DNA of 64,000 nucleotides from Blasia pusilla (GCA_050084515.1 CM114271.1:49662001-49726000); one strand, 5' to 3'; numbered from the stretch's first letter, positions 1-14,550 are shown. Numbers and translations: made by a program. Notes: generated by a model not told the origin, from the letters alone.

Positions 1-1692
1 GAACCTCAAAGACAGTTCTGCGCCAATCCTCACAAACCTAAACCAAACTGCAGATCCCTAATAGCGATCGTCCACTATTAAAATTCGAACGCACATCTAA
101 GTGGCAAGGAAATAATAGTAGGGCACCTATGTAAGCTTGTTTTGCGCTCCGGAAGACTCCACTCCAACCGCAGTCCCATGTGTTGACGCATTCCCCAGGC
201 ACCTAACGACATCGCTCCATGGTATTCTCGACCAGAGAATTGTAAGACTAGATCTTTGTCTCGGTCATAGTGGAGAGCAGTCGCCACAAAGCCATAGGCA
301 TCGACTATGTTGCAATCCAATCAACTAATTAAGGGAGCTCTTAGTCACCGGCACGTGGCAATGTTTGGATGATTAGACGTATTTACTTGAACTTAGTTTA
401 GGTTATGTCCACTCTTGTGTGGGGCCAAATGATCATTTCTACTTTACCTCAATCCATTTTCACCAACTAGTGGGTGGCCTAGAAGAGATAGATGAAGAGA
501 AGGATTCATCGAGCTCTAGGATAGGGGGGGACGACGGGCTATGTCCAATGGACCTTTATCGGAGTTTACTCGTAGCCAATTGTTAATAAGTGAGTAACCA
601 AGTGTAATCATGAGGCTTAAAAAGAGTTATTCGTTATGTATTGGCCGAAAGTGTGTGTTGGGTGCAAAGGCTAGGCAGGAATAGATGAAGAAAAGGGCTT
701 TCGGACCATAAATTTGGTGTAGCACATGACTAAATTGAACTTTAGGGAGAGAAACATCTTACTATGAGATTTCCATATGAGCAAAAAACGAAAATTGCAT
801 ATGGTTTGATAGGTTTGATGGAGTGAAGTTGATAAAATGAATTGTGGCAAGTGGTTCCGCTGATAAAAACATATCTCATGAACAATATTCATCTCAAGAG
901 CTCGATGCAAACAAAATCATGATAGGTTCTTTTCATCCAAAGCATATTAAGTAGTATCTTGATATTAGATAAGGGGAACGCATAGCCTGTTTTGAAGTCT
1001 AACAAGTCTATAAACGAGTATGAGAGTGTGGTGTAAAATTGTGAGATAGCATGATTGTACTAAACTAAGATATATAAGGCTGAGAATTCCCATTAAAAAG
1101 CATCAAAATCTGGTGCATAATTTTGACATAACAAAAGTACAAAAAACTGAAAAATAGAGAGGTGATGGAATCACTAAGCATGCAAGAGGGACTCTATTAT
1201 GCAAGCTTGCAGAACAAGCTTAGGGTCACTCTGAATGTAGTTGTCAACATCTTTTAGGAAATCTTTAAAGTGATCCATGGCCTGCTTCAATTGCTTCTTT
1301 GTATCATTTAACTTAGTTGCAAGATCTACACGGGCATCCTGCTCAAGCTGCAACACGTCAGTGAAAACTGTTATCTTAGTTGTAGGTTGGATTGTGCGTT
1401 CCTCGGCCTCATCTAGAGCTGAACGGATAGAATCATAAACTTTGATAGGAAAGGTATGTGTGTGGTCGTCCCAATTTGCAGAATCACCAATGTATCCTTG
1501 TTGGAAACGGTTGCATTCGTCAATATCACTCCATCTTTTCCCATCAGAAGTTCCACTTGCATATGCAAAGGAATACAGTTGCAGTTGTACAAAACGAGAT
1601 TAGATTATGTGTCTATGTCATATAGAAGGTCTTTGTAGTATATACAACAGAGAAATTCAATAGATGGTAGTTACTAAAGCTCCCTCTTTTTT

Positions 1693-1990
1693 GTTACACC
1701 CCCTTCACTTTTCCAAGCTCTCTCCATGGTAATTTATGTTCACAGGTCACCTCCTTGGCTCTTGACCTATTGTAGGGGGTCAAAGCCCATTTCCCAAAGT
1801 GAAAAGTCAAATATATTTCTTATAGAAACTTACCCAAAATAGCAAGTTTCTCTACATAGCTTGAAATGAGCCAAAATAGAAGGGAAACTTGCTCTTTAAG
1901 CAACTCATACTCCAACTCATGAGAATGTCTTCCAATCCCCCATAAAAGAGCTCTATACATACTCATCAATCCATCCTAAAAGATGTGACA
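1693..1990 (-). mobile_element. Partial LTR, same family as the LTRs at 48826-49412 and 53782-54426
   Basis: Aligns by eye to about 54110-54426 (ccaagctctctccatg...ggctcttgacct...aaatgagccaaaa...gggaaacttgctct...atcctaaa) and ends in the same gtgaca terminus. Confidence 0.7.
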
Positions 1991-2481
1991 AAGACATAGT
2001 GAGGCGATGGAACAAATTTTATCGATGCTATCATGCCTTGTCATCCGTGATGAAAGGGAGGAGGTAAAGAATGCTTACATCCTTGATTTCCAACTCAAAA
2101 CTATAGTTGTGCCCTTTAGAAATAATACCTATAATGCCAAAGTGGAATGGCACCATCTTCCAAAAGCTCCCACTAATGGGGCAACTCTACATGTGATAAT
2201 CCAACCCACTCAAGAAGCAAGGCAAAAATTTTCCTTGGGATGTTTGGTTTGTAGTGTTGTTCATCCCACAAAATGGAGATTTAATTGGCCAATGCCTACG
2301 TACGGTTGGATGTAGCCATTTGTCTCTGACAAGCCTACAAACATTCTTAGATGAGCAATGCAAATTGCTCTCGGTATCTTGCAACATGTGCAATGGTGCC
2401 ACAAAAAACAGCAACGGATGCTTCACCAAAACTGAAGACAATTATGAGAGGGGGTAACCAAGCAAATGACAATCTCTTCAC

Positions 2482-5400
2482 TAGGGTCCGGGCAGTTTTT
2501 TCTTGGCAACCCGCAGATATTCGAGACCTTTGATGTACAGTCAGAAAATTCGTTTAGGATTCCGGTAGGAGGAGCTAAAAAAAATTTAAGGCAGCTAATT
2601 TCTGTGATAATTTTTTTTAAGGGTAAATTTCTGAATTTTTTATAATTCGATCGGTGCAAACCTGGGACTTGTGATTTGTTGCTTCTATTGGAGGATCAAC
2701 AATATACTTCTCAAGGTTCAAATATACGTATCTAAAGTTTGCAGAAATTTTCCAAAATACTATTGATTCAACCAAGAGATCCTCATAATCAGGTACTAGC
2801 CCCTCTGAAGAAATCCTAAGTAGAGCATCCAAATGTTTTGTCATCAATCTATTACAACTTTTAGTCTTAATAGTATTCTGAATAGAGAAAGCTCTCTCAC
2901 AAATAGCTATACTCACACATTGTACTCTATAAATATTAGCTAACACAAGTAGGTTATAAAACTTACATTGCAAAGATGGACTCTAACTTACCATAGCCCA
3001 CAAGTCTCGAAAGTTCCGGTCTTTTTCACTCAGTTGTGGACATGAGCTTGAATGACTGAAATTCGTTTTTCACTCCTCCAGGTTTTATAAGAGTAGGCTG
3101 CAAATGACCCCTTAGTGGTAGTGCCACTCCAAAATGAGCACATAACTCATCTACCTCCTTACAACCCCAACTATTCAGCCTTACTTGCCTTGAAGGCATG
3201 TGCAGAGGATTCAATACCCTCATTGCACCAATCAAATTGTTATCTTTAAACCGGTCATGTAAACCTGCAGATACACTCTCTGAAAAATTCTTCTGAAAGG
3301 TTAAAGTAGATTCCAAGTCCTCTCCCGTCCAATCTCTCACCATCTCTATGCTATGGAACTTTCTACCCCTTATCTCAGATTGCATGTGCTTCAAATGTCC
3401 TCCAGGGAGGGCCAAAATCACGGAAAATATGGTACCCTATATCTTCTGAGAAAGTAGAAGCATTTAAGTCATGGCTTTCTATCACAAAATTCATTGGAAT
3501 GGAAGAAATTTCAGAATTCACTATGTTGCCAATAGTACTAACATCTACAAATTTGTATTGAAAAACTTTGCTCAAGTTTGCAAAAATTGACAAAATATCA
3601 GCCAAAAAATACAATTGGTAGATCATTTGAAATGATCTCAACTTGTTGAATAGATTAGTAGCATTACCATCATCCTCGGAAGGCAAAATATCCCTGAAAT
3701 ACCTAAGAACAGATTCCAACGAATCACACAATGTAGTCACCGCTTGCCAACGTGACAACCAACGAATTTTATGATACCTTTTCATAACCCTCTGGGAGTC
3801 ATTGAGTTACTCTTGCAATGTTGCAAGAGCACACTTTCTCTTGGAAGATCTCCTAAAGTATCCAGGTACACCATTCAAGACGGAGTCTATATCTCTTGAT
3901 GTCTCTTTGCAAGTTGGTGTTTTGGCTGCTGTCAAAGCAGCCAAATTAGTCCTATGTGCTACACAATGCATAGAGAGCAGAAAGGGGTTTACCTTCTGCT
4001 TCAGGTGAGAGGCTACCCCATTTTGACTTCCTACCATGGTTGAGGCTTCGTCAAAGCCAAAAGCTACCATTTTTGTACTCTCAAGCCCTGAATCCTTTAT
4101 CAACTCCAAAAGAGTACTAGTAATAGCATTGGAGCACTTCTGTGGACATTGCATCAATCCTAGAAATGAACTCTGAACCTAGCCCTCTTCTAAGTACGTT
4201 ACAAATACAACCAAGTGCCTTGTTACAGAAATATCCGTGGATTCATCTATCATAATCCCGAAAAAAGGAGACTTTTGCACTTTACTAAGGGTCCTTCTGA
4301 GAAGAACTTGGATGATGTAAAAGCACATATCAGCGCAACTCCTCTCATCTTGGTACAACTCTCTGGTCAATGGAACATTCACAAAACACAAAAACTTACA
4401 CAAATTTGGGAATTTCACAAAAGGCAAGGATTCCCTTGCAATAATGAAATATGCCGACTTAAATAAAGTCAATAAAGCTACATCACAAGTTCGATTAGTA
4501 GTTGCGATGGCCTTGGCCATGGACTTGTTCCCTATGTTAGCAGCCCAAGAGAGCTTCATATGCTCATTCGATTTGCCATGATTTGCGAAGGCCGAGACCT
4601 TACAATTTATGGCACCATCCCTTGCAAACGAGCTCTTACCCTTTCCTTGTCTGCAAACTTTGCAGAAAATCCTACCACTTTCTACATGAAAATTCTATCC
4701 AATCAAATAGAGAGTACCACATGTCCTTCCATGAATGTCGATTCTTATCGGCTATGCTTCCCAAAGGTCCATTGAATGTATCTACTTCCTTCCCATCTGA
4801 TGAGCCTGACCTGCTTGACTATTCTGAAAATAATTGACTACAATCTTTCTATAATATCTCGCTCATAGTTCTTTGTCTCTTGGCCATCTGAAGATGATGT
4901 CTCACCCTCCTCCCTTCCCCTCTCTATGTCAAGTCACAATGTAGAACCTAACCCTAAACCAGAACAGAAAAAATACAACTTCACTACCCTAAACTAAAGA
5001 AACATGCGGCCAGGAGACAAAAGGCAACAAGGAGAGTTGGGGCTTAAAGGCGACCCCTACTTCTTTCAATGATAATAAGTGCAGCAAATGAAAAGCCCTA
5101 AACTCTACTCATGCGAAAAGAAACTCAAATCCGTCTCATGCAAGTGTAGAAATCACCACGATGCAATCTCAATTGCTGGTGGAATCAAATAGTGTAAAGC
5201 AAGTTGTCGACTAAAGATGCCGAATAGTCGAACTGGGTACGAAAGCAACTAAGGCAAGGAAAACCAGAAAACAATGGAGGCCTTGCAGGGAAATGATTCA
5301 CCCGAACTCTAGGGTTTAGAAGCCAAGAACAATACGAAGAACAATAGCATAAGCCATGAACAAGAGACATTCCCAAGAACAATAGCGGCTCGCAATGTAG

Positions 5401-6333
5401 ACCCAGGGCGGATTGAAACTGTGACAGTCCGTGGGAAAGCAAATGATGTGAGGCGGCAGAGTCACGAGAAGAAAAGAGGAGTTACGTGTGAGAAAAAGGG
5501 TCAGGCCAGGCACCACTGCAGGCAAGAGTCGCAAGACACAAACTGTCACAAAGAGAAGCGAAAAGGCACTGAGTTGAGAGTCGCTAGACCCAAACTGTCA
5601 CAAAAAAGAGCGAAAAGGCGCCAAAAAGTGAGGAGTCAAGGGCCCAGGAGCTCTCAGCGGCGGAGTCTAGACATTGGATGAGAGTGACGAGAGGAAGTGT
5701 GATGAGGAGTGACGAGTGACGATTCTTACGAAGAGAAGCGGGCCCGCAGGCTGGAGCAATCCAAGGGCGGAGCCGAGAGGACGAGTGAGGTGGAACGCGG
5801 GAGGCCGTGAGCGAATGTGCAAAGTTGCAAACTAACGAATGAGACCCCGCAGCCAGGTACCCCCGAATGCCCCAGTAGCCCCACTCCCTGAGTCCCCACT
5901 CCCCGCGACCCCGACTCCCCGACTCCCTAAGTCCGATCCCACGAGTCTCGAGTCTTGACTCTCCACTTGCGGCTTGCCCCAAAGCCCCTAACAACAATCG
6001 CTGCAACCCTACTACGGAGGGAGGAGATGTGTCCAAGCCTTCCATCTAGCTGTTGCGGTGGATAGTCCGTTTTCCAGTACCCAAAAGTCCCCCCGTGAAC
6101 ATTTCGACCTGCTGAAAATGCTTGCCAAGAGAAATCCGACGAGGTTTTCCCGAGAACCGAATATTTCCGCCATGTCTCCGCCGTGAACAGGGAAATACGG
6201 GGAAAAAAACACATGCACGGCCAGTTTCCGAGCGGGGCGGCAATGTAGTCGAAAACCCAGCCGCTGTCCCATTTCAGGGGTCGGAAATTCTCATTTTGAA
6301 CCGGCCAGGTATACTCGTGTCCCCGGTTCTATG
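2482..6333 (-). mobile_element. hAT DNA transposon remnant including GC-rich subterminal region; ends not resolved
   Basis: Transposase above plus short ccc(c/g)actccc-type repeats at 5860-5960. No matching TIR pair or 8-bp TSD found, so 6012-6333 may belong to a second element. Confidence 0.5.
2617..4800 (-). pseudogene. Disrupted hAT transposase (ZNF862/DUF4371 type)
   Basis: Successive broken ORFs carry FFGIMIDESTDIS, FGFDEASTMVG, SMHCVAHRTNLA, IRWLSRWQAV and the C-terminal dimerisation motif SIAICERAFSIQNTIKTKSCNRL. Several stops and frameshifts. Confidence 0.9.
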
Positions 6334-6518
6334 CGTTCATTGCTCTTTGCTATAACAATGATTCAAATCACATTTTGCACACTTTCTGCAAGTGTTTGTT
6401 TCTTGTAGGCCTATGTCTCCCCTCTCGTGGATATTCAAGCAAACACACATTGGCGGCAAAAATCTAGGATTGGACGTCCCACTTTTCTGAACCAATAGGG
6501 AGGGTGCCACATGTTATC

Positions 6519-6711
6519 ATGAAAATCCCCCGCCCGCTCCCGTGCATTTTCCTCTTAATTTAACAAGTATCTTAAGAGATAACTAACTGATTTTCTCTCA
6601 TTTTCACACATTACATTGTGCTAGTGATAGGGGTCACTTCTATGTTACGTGTCATTTAAAAGGTAATTAAATTATGAGGAAAATGCACGGAAGCGGGCGG
6701 GGGATTTTCAT
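6519..6711. repeat. 193-bp fold-back element with 45-bp terminal inverted repeats (MITE-like)
   Basis: 6519-6563 atgaaaatcccccgcccgctcccgtgcattttcctcttaatttaa matches the reverse complement of 6667-6711 at 43/45; AT-rich spacer. Confidence 0.85.
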
Positions 6712-7205
6712 AGTCATAGGACCTGGACGATGATAGTGTACCGGATACTCAAACGAAAGAGTGTACGGGGATTCTGGATTCTGTGCGATTGACGATTTTG
6801 TGTAGGCCAACTTATGCATGCGGAGTTGCAGTGTGCAAGTATGTGAGCGTTTCCAAGTGACTACCTCGATTTCTTGAGAGAATTCCACAATGGTGGCGTG
6901 TGCAGACGTGCCGGATGATACTCTCAGTGACGTATTCTGATGCTCCCACGGCCCTAGAGGCCGATGAATTGCTTCGCACGTGAAGCCAATCGTAAAACTC
7001 GAATCCACTTTATTACAAAACCAAGCCTCAAAGCCTGCCAGATCAAATTATGTATTAGATGCTCTGAAGCGATGCGCCTATGGTCCCACAGGGTGATAAA
7101 CCGCTTGGCCAGTGAATCCAGTCGCAAATGTGAGATGAGAAGAGGAGCCTCTGCAGCACTGCGTCATTGAATAATTCCGGTTTTGGGAGTGCCAGAGGAG
7201 CGGAA

Positions 7206-10200
7206 ATGGTGCCGATGAAGTGTACGGTGTTGTTGGCGCTGGTTATTCTGCGAGTCTCTGGGAGGAGCAGCAGCGTGGAAGTGTCCGGTGGCACTGCAGA
7301 TGGAACCGAGGAATGGGGGTACATCGACGTCCGCCAAGGTAATTCGTGCTCTCGGGATGGGTGGCGATTTGCATTGCGTCTTGAGGAAAGAAAACACTCT
7401 GTAGCTCAGATGGATGGTAGAAGAGTAGTGTCCAATTGGTGTTTTTCTGGTTGGATTCTGACACTTGAGCCTCAGTGCGGATTGCATCCACGTTTCTCAC
7501 GAGGCTGCGGTGTCATGAATCAAGCGAGTCCTGGTGTCGGTGTCCACCATCGTAACCGGCTGACAATGCTGCAGTCGTGAGTTGATGGCTCGAGAGTTAG
7601 TCCGTGTAGGGCGATTCCAGTCATCCTCGTGTCAATGTCCACTCTTTTCACCAGTTATCTCACAGCATTGGACCTTGTAGAAACATCCAACACGACCACT
7701 TACTTCTTGTCCTTTTCATGGCCCAGCTCAAGGTGAAACAGCTACTTCTGTGAATTCTGGATGAACCAGAAGCAACTCACACTAGTGGTCTTCCTCGTGG
7801 CGATTGCCAAAAATTAGAGAACCTCAGGACTGTCTGAAGCAACAGTAATCAGTTTTTTTGACAATTATTTGCTTTAGACAGAATCTGAGAGGGATCAAGT
7901 GAGATACTCTTGAAGTTTTAGGAAAGTTGCTACAACTTTCCTCGGGATCACGGATTAATGAGTCAAAAACCAAGGAAGGTCATGCTATGAAGTTGGTTGT
8001 TCTCTCACAGGGACACAAACTGAACAAAAGTAACACCTTTTAGTGTTGTACTTATCAAGGGCAACGACTCTCACAAGCCCCTGCAATTTGCATTGGGCAG
8101 GATTCGGTTCAACATTGCCAGCTTTACTTGATCATAGGTAGAAAGACTAAAATAGATTGGAGTAAGACAATGGGCAGGAGTCAACTGAAATCCACGACTC
8201 CCGTCTATTTTGATAGATTTAATGCGTGGCCTCATTCTTTTGTGTGGATGTCTTTGGGCGTGTTTTGGATCCAATTTGTTCTTTATAAGCCAAATGGGCT
8301 AAGTCATGCTAGTGCAACTTTTGATTTCCCCTTTATTCTTTGATTTATTCCTTCTCGACTTTGAAGATGCCCTCGCTTTTTGTAATAGTTTTGATGTCTT
8401 TTTCAATCAGAGTTTCTTTGTAGTGAAGGCGGTTGCTGCCAAGTCTAGTAGTACCGATACCAGAGGATCTAAAGCAATCATTCAAAATGTGGCAGGAGCG
8501 CATATGTTCTGGTGGTTGTACTATAATTCATCACCATCACCGGAGGGGAAACCTATAGTGTTCTGGCTCCAGGGTGGCCCGGTATCAGAGTTTTCACTTT
8601 CCATGAGATTTTTCTCTGGCGGCTAAGAAATTTTGATGTCGTGGGCACTCGTTCTGGTACTTCATGTCATTGTGTTACTTGTCCACTATCCCTCATTCAC
8701 TCCCGGTAATGGAAGGTGTTGGATCATACAGGGTGCATCAGGAGTGGGTTTTGGAAATTTTGAAGAAATAGGACCATTGACAACAGCTCTGACTGTGCGG
8801 GAGAGCACTTGGCTGAAAGTGGCCCATTTGCTGTTTGTGGTGTGTTCCCTTCCTTCATATTTTTTTTCTTGTAGCTTTAGACATGAGGACAGAAGAGTGA
8901 TGATTCAAGGTCCCAGTAGTTCTTGTACAACCACAAAGCTTCATTCCAAGTAAGACGCGCAAGCCTATCCAGCATCAAGATCTCCGTGTCATCCACTTAG
9001 GCTCTTAATATCCATTCAATTAAAACTAACCAAGATTTATTGGTTATGGACATGGTTACATCATGATTCTATTTTCTCATTTTTCTGTATTTATAATCTG
9101 GAAAGTTTTCCAGTCCACAGATTAAGAGGGCATCCTAACTCCAATGATAGATATATGACTATGAGCTAGTAGTCTATTATTGTAGACAGTCAAGCTCTAC
9201 TAATGAACTGGAACTTGATAGTCTGAAGTTCAGTGATGAGGCGATCAGTCCAAGATTTCTATCTCTCCAGAGAATGGCCAAAAGTAGTTCCATCTCCCAG
9301 AACTTCACGACTTCTCTGCAAAGAGGATTAATAGTCTCAATTGTAGAGCAGTAATGACAGTTGGTCACTCTGGAATCACGTCTGATAAACAAGGTGGTGG
9401 TAAGACTGCACTATAAAAGTACTCAACAGGTCTCCACTAGGACTGTCGTCTCTTGGCTAGGCCGAGTTTTGGTTTTGAATGTGACTTGAGTCCTGCAAAT
9501 TGGACTGAAGTTTGGCCTAAGTTATAATAGCTTACCTGCATGATGTCCAACTTGCTCACTTTCCATTCATAGAATTTCATATCCATGCTATCTGAAATGA
9601 CACTTCACTGTGGATTTTGTCTTGTCATGGTTTCTGAACTATGGAGTTTTTGTTTTAGCTGGAATGGCTGGTTTCCAACCACTTTTACTTTTGTGCTTAT
9701 TTAAATAATCTGGTTGGTTTTGTGGGAGTATCCAGGATAATCCGGTGGGCACAGGTAATGTCATTACCAAGTCTAATGTATTTGCAAACAGTAGTGTTTG
9801 TGCACCTGTAGTAAGTTCTGTTATCTTGGTAGGTTTCCCTTCTTGTATAGACAGGAGTGAGTGGTGTGAAAACTACTGAAAAGAAAACTTGGCTTTGATT
9901 AGCAGGTTTCAGTTATGTGGATGATAAAAATCTGCTCACCACTACCAACAAGCAAGTGTCTGATGATCTGATTACATTCATTAAATCGTTCTTCAAGACA
10001 CATGAATCACTGAAACGAGCACCTTTTTACATTGTGGCCGAGTCATATGGTGGTAAGTTTGCGAGTGAAGTAGGCGTTGCCATCCACAAAAGTATATCTC
10101 AAGGAGCACTTGACTTCAACTTTCAAGGTAAGAAACGTTTGGGGTAGCTCCTGTTTTTCCAGGCACGATAAGCTTGAAAAACGATTGAAAAAAGATTTCT

Positions 10201-13004
10201 TTCCATGGCATAATAAGCTTTCTCATCAGTGGGTTGCTATTTTACAGGAGTTGCTCTGGGAGATACATGGGTATCACCAATAGACTTCTTGGTATGCTTT
10301 GACTAAGCACAAGGTTTCTGCTTAATTTCTGCACGTTTCTGCCTACATTCCATGTCTTTAGCATAATGGTGTGCAAGCTTCTGGTTACCCATATAGTCTT
10401 ACCATTTGTGGGCCTCGGTACTTAAACAGATAGACAAGCAAACAAGCATCACTGGATCATCAATTGTTTATTATCGAACCTGCTCTATTTTCTCCGCATG
10501 TCACAGGAAGGGATGCTTTCACTCTTGGTTTTATGAGTGCTCTTTTGATTTCTACTCTGGTGGATTGTACAGTATGCCTGGGGACCTCTTTTGAAGTCAT
10601 TCTCCTTGGTTGACGAATTTGGGAATGATTATCTGAACAGGTATGTTGGTGTTTTAGATTTTGTGGTCTTTGCAGTCTTCTTTTTCTTCCTGACCCTCAA
10701 TTTGGAAAATCAGTAGACATTTAAAGAGCAAGGTTTTTGTCGTATTCTTCAAGGATACACTCCCTGTTTGTGGTGCTGCTGTTGATTTTACAATTCAGAC
10801 ACTTTGTGGGAAATTTCAGATATGCAGATTCTGCTGCAGCAGAATTGGAGAAGGGTAACACTGTAAATGCTACATATATTTGGGGAGACATGGAAGATGC
10901 AGTAATAACTCTCACAGACAATGTAGTAAGTACAAATTTGTTTCCATGGTTAAAAGTGATGTGGGCATCTGCGATTCGTCATCTGTATCATTATGATATC
11001 TGGTCACGTGAAGACTGGTGCTGAAAACTTCCCCACTTAAATATCTAGGGTTTGTCCAGGATTTCTATAACATCTTGAACCATGAATCGGATCTCGAGGA
11101 CTCCTTGTTACTACGGCCCAAAGCAAATGGACTAGGTGCTCGTCATTTGAGAAAAACAGAGCCCCTTTCTTTGGGAGAGGTTATGAATGGACCCATTCGT
11201 GAGAAGCTTGGGATTATTCCTGCTGGAGTCAGGTGTGTTATCAGTGTTTGAAGCTGTGCTGAATTAGCTGTTAGAAATCCTCCAGATAGAGTGGATTGTA
11301 TTCTGTATTTCCCTAAATGTACTCTATGTTGTTCTGGATGATGTGAACTGCTTCATTATAGCATGTGAAGTTACCGTGGCAGGTGGAGTGAGTCATCAGG
11401 TGAAGTATTTGGTGCCCTCATTGGCGACTTCATGTTGGACACCATCAGTAAGGTAATGTGTAAAGAGTACAAATAGTCCATTTCAGTCAGCCACCTGATT
11501 TCATTCATGTGAAAGAGCAACAAGTCAAAATCGTATGGCATATAAGTAGCAAGCTTCTGTAGAGGTAGCAAGATCAAGGGAGCTAATATAAGAATCTAGA
11601 TTAAAATCAGAGTTGGAAACCCTATGTGTGTCACCAGAGAAGGCGTCACATCATGTCTTGCAATTTCACAGCGAATTACATTCTTATGATAGGAAGTGGG
11701 GAAATTGCCTAGTATAAAGGGAATTTGCCTCACTTGGGATGACAGCATCTGATGCTCTTGCCCGGAGAAACAGAGTGTGGTAATTTAGATGTGTTCTTCC
11801 TATGCTCACTGTACTATGAAATGAGGTGGAGATTCATCCATCTCTTCAAAGATACAGCATCACAGAATACCTAAGCGGATAAAGCCAAGAAGATTTTGTG
11901 GGTTTAAACAGTCTTTGGGTATGACCACAGTTGTGAAAATGTAGGCTTTGTTTGGATGTTCTATATTGTGGATGTCAAGTTGCTGAAATCTCTTCTTGGA
12001 ATTCTTTTGTTTGTCCAGAAGTAATTATATGACATTTGTATGTGGCCAATATACAGGTGGATGAGCTGCTGGCATTGGGTGTAAACGTAACTATCTACAG
12101 TGGTCAGGTTAGCTCCAGACAATTCATATGTGCTGGCCTAGTTGTGAATACGTTAGAGTCTTCCATGAAAGACTGAGCAATGTCACTCGTCATCTCTTTC
12201 TTGCAGCTTGATTTGATCTGCTGCACGACGGGTACAGAGGCCTGGGTACAAAAAATGAAGTAAGCACTAAACCCGTCACTGCCTTGGTAAGAAATATGAG
12301 TGCTTCTCATAGACGAGTACAACCTTTCAACACAATCTGGGGATGCCTTGTCTGTAGTAATTCTGTTTTCATGTTGAAAAGATTGGTAGAATGTTTTCAG
12401 GAGTAACTTGAAGGATATACTCATATGTGGGTGAATTTCCTCTTTTGATGAGGTCATATGCAGTATTGACTGGACATCTTTAACTCACTTGTCTCTTGCC
12501 TTATCGGATTTTTTGTTGGTTGTATGAATCTGAAGCTCATGTTTTGGTGGCCTATACAGGTGGGATGGACTGGCTCAGTATAACCTAGCTCAACGCATTC
12601 CACTATATTGCAAGGACGGCCAGACGGCAGCATTTCTCAAGAGTCACAAGAACTTGTCGTTTTACTGGATCATGAATGCTGGACATATGGTATGCTCAAT
12701 AACCAAGTTGTGTGCATAGCTGTTATGAGCTCTGAAATTGTGATGTTATCTCATGCCCAAATAAGGCTTCTATTTGCACGTGTATGACAACTGCAGCAAG
12801 AGCTGTGTGGTGAATATCAGTCAATGTCTGGCTGCTTTGCTTGTGAAAATCACTTACATAAAAGACTAGCATAGTAATGGGCATGGATTGTTTTATGCAC
12901 CTGTGCAGGTACCATCAGATAATCCCTGCATGGGCTTAAAGTTGCTGAGCTTGATTACACAACAGGATGAGGCTGTGCAGAGTGAAGCGGTAGCAAATCT
13001 CTAG
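7206..13004 (+). CDS. SCPL51: Serine carboxypeptidase-like protein (peptidase S10, SCPL51-like), 14 exons
   Basis: GT-AG exons 7206-7338, 8496-8581, 8732-8839, 9736-9754, 9906-10127, 10248-10291, 10573-10640, 10820-10925, 11060-11232, 11383-11452, 12057-12107, 12207-12259, 12560-12689, 12909-13004 join in frame. Signal-peptide-like N-terminus, EEWGYIDVR, AHMFWWLY, WLQGGPGASG, DNPVGTGFSY, and catalytic AESYGG, DLIC and AGHM motifs. Confidence 0.93.
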
Positions 13005-14222
13005 GTACTTTTCTACCCCATTTAGTCCCATCATCCCACACCTTTGGCAACTGAAATTTAGGCGCACACTGGGATGATGAGATGATGGATTAGTGCATTA
13101 GGTGATCTATTTTTATGAATATGAGAATGGCCTGTCATCAATGACGGTGATTTTCAAATCAAAGCCCTGCAGTGTTTTATTTTCATGATCTCAGTGAGCA
13201 CTGTGTCAACCCTCAAAAATCTGAGGAATTGATTGTTTAGATTGTTCACAGGTGGAGGTGTGGTTTCTGATTCAACTCATGTATCTGTATCATATCAAGT
13301 TGGATACCCACATGTTGCAAATAGAAGGTTCAAGATTCTTTCAGCCCTTAGGTTGGTAGGATCAGATGATTGATCAAAACCTAGACTTTCGAAGAGGAGT
13401 GTAAGAAGGTATAAATGAGAAGTGAAAATGATGTTATTTAAAGACACTCTCAAGGCTAAGGCTCAGAATTTCTTTGCAGTCTCGAATAATGGTCTTCTCA
13501 ATGCTCGTTAATTATCAGTACATCTACTTGAACCCTTATTCCACGGGTTTTTGAAACATTTTGGACCATTACATGCATCCGCAACCTAGTGCTTATAAAG
13601 ATTGGTTTACCCTTGATGCAGTTCCCCAACCCCTATCCTTCCCGTGAATGCAAAGGTGGTTCAGCCATTAGTGTTCCCCGGAGGAACACCATGCACCCAG
13701 GTGAGCTTTAATGTTTTCGTCCACTGATGCTACCTGAAAGAGAAATGGGTTGCCCAAGGAGGTGGCTCCATTGTATGTTATATTTGGAACAATGTGTGTT
13801 TGAGGAAGTTAAAGTTTGTGCCAAGCTTTGGAGTTTTATGCTCAACTTATGTGGCGAACCCCAAATGTTGGAGATTTGTGAGTGATTCCACACTGAGAAA
13901 CATGCATGCATTCAAGAACTCTATGATGCATACACATGAAATATTCCTAAATGAGATCAATGTTGTCAAGGAATAAGATAGTTGTCCCTTAAGAAACCTT
14001 AGGAAATTGTTATCCATTTGTACGAGCCATTCCACAAGGTTCTTACATAAGAGGGAGTGTTAGGTGGATTAATGAATATTGCAAAGCAAAACATTAGGAG
14101 CACTATGTAAATCGCTACAATGTGTGTTAGAGACATACACACATGTATAGTTGTCTAGGTGTGCAAAGCCCTTATTTGTGATCATTTTTGTTTTATCTTG
14201 GTAGAAGCCTATCCAACATATT

Positions 14223-14550
14223 TTGGTGTGCATGGTTTATCTTCCTCAGGGTATATTTTTGACAACTTTGTTGATACACATTGGATTTCCTCATCCCTTT
14301 CTACTAGTTTTGCTGAATTTGGTATATAGGGAATGCATTAATGCTAAGGGCATTCAGATTTTTCAATGTGCATGTGGGGGAGAGCTATTGATGATCCATG
14401 ATGTAATTAGGGAGGAGGTAGAATTGGTGGCTCGTATTGCCTAGTATATGTCTCACCTTCTATTAGACAAACAACCTCTTGTCAAAGAGTAAAATTATTT
14501 TTTCCCGAGGTGGTTTTCGTCTATTGGATGATATAGTTGGTGTTGATCAT
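14223..14550 (+). mobile_element. Heavily decayed 3' fragment of a CRE-like non-LTR retrotransposon
   Basis: IHIGFPHP...AKGIQIFQCACGGELLMIHDVIRE resembles the RLGLP...G.H...C..GG....HD zinc-knuckle/RLE-proximal region of CRE elements. Confidence 0.5.

Noticed and set aside
1..1130. Short ORFs and LTR-like DNA at the window start
   Set aside because: No recognisable motif or boundary; truncated by the window edge.
5185..6355. Overlapping ORFs as genes
   Set aside because: Low-complexity GC-rich transposon subterminal sequence, open in several frames, with no domain.
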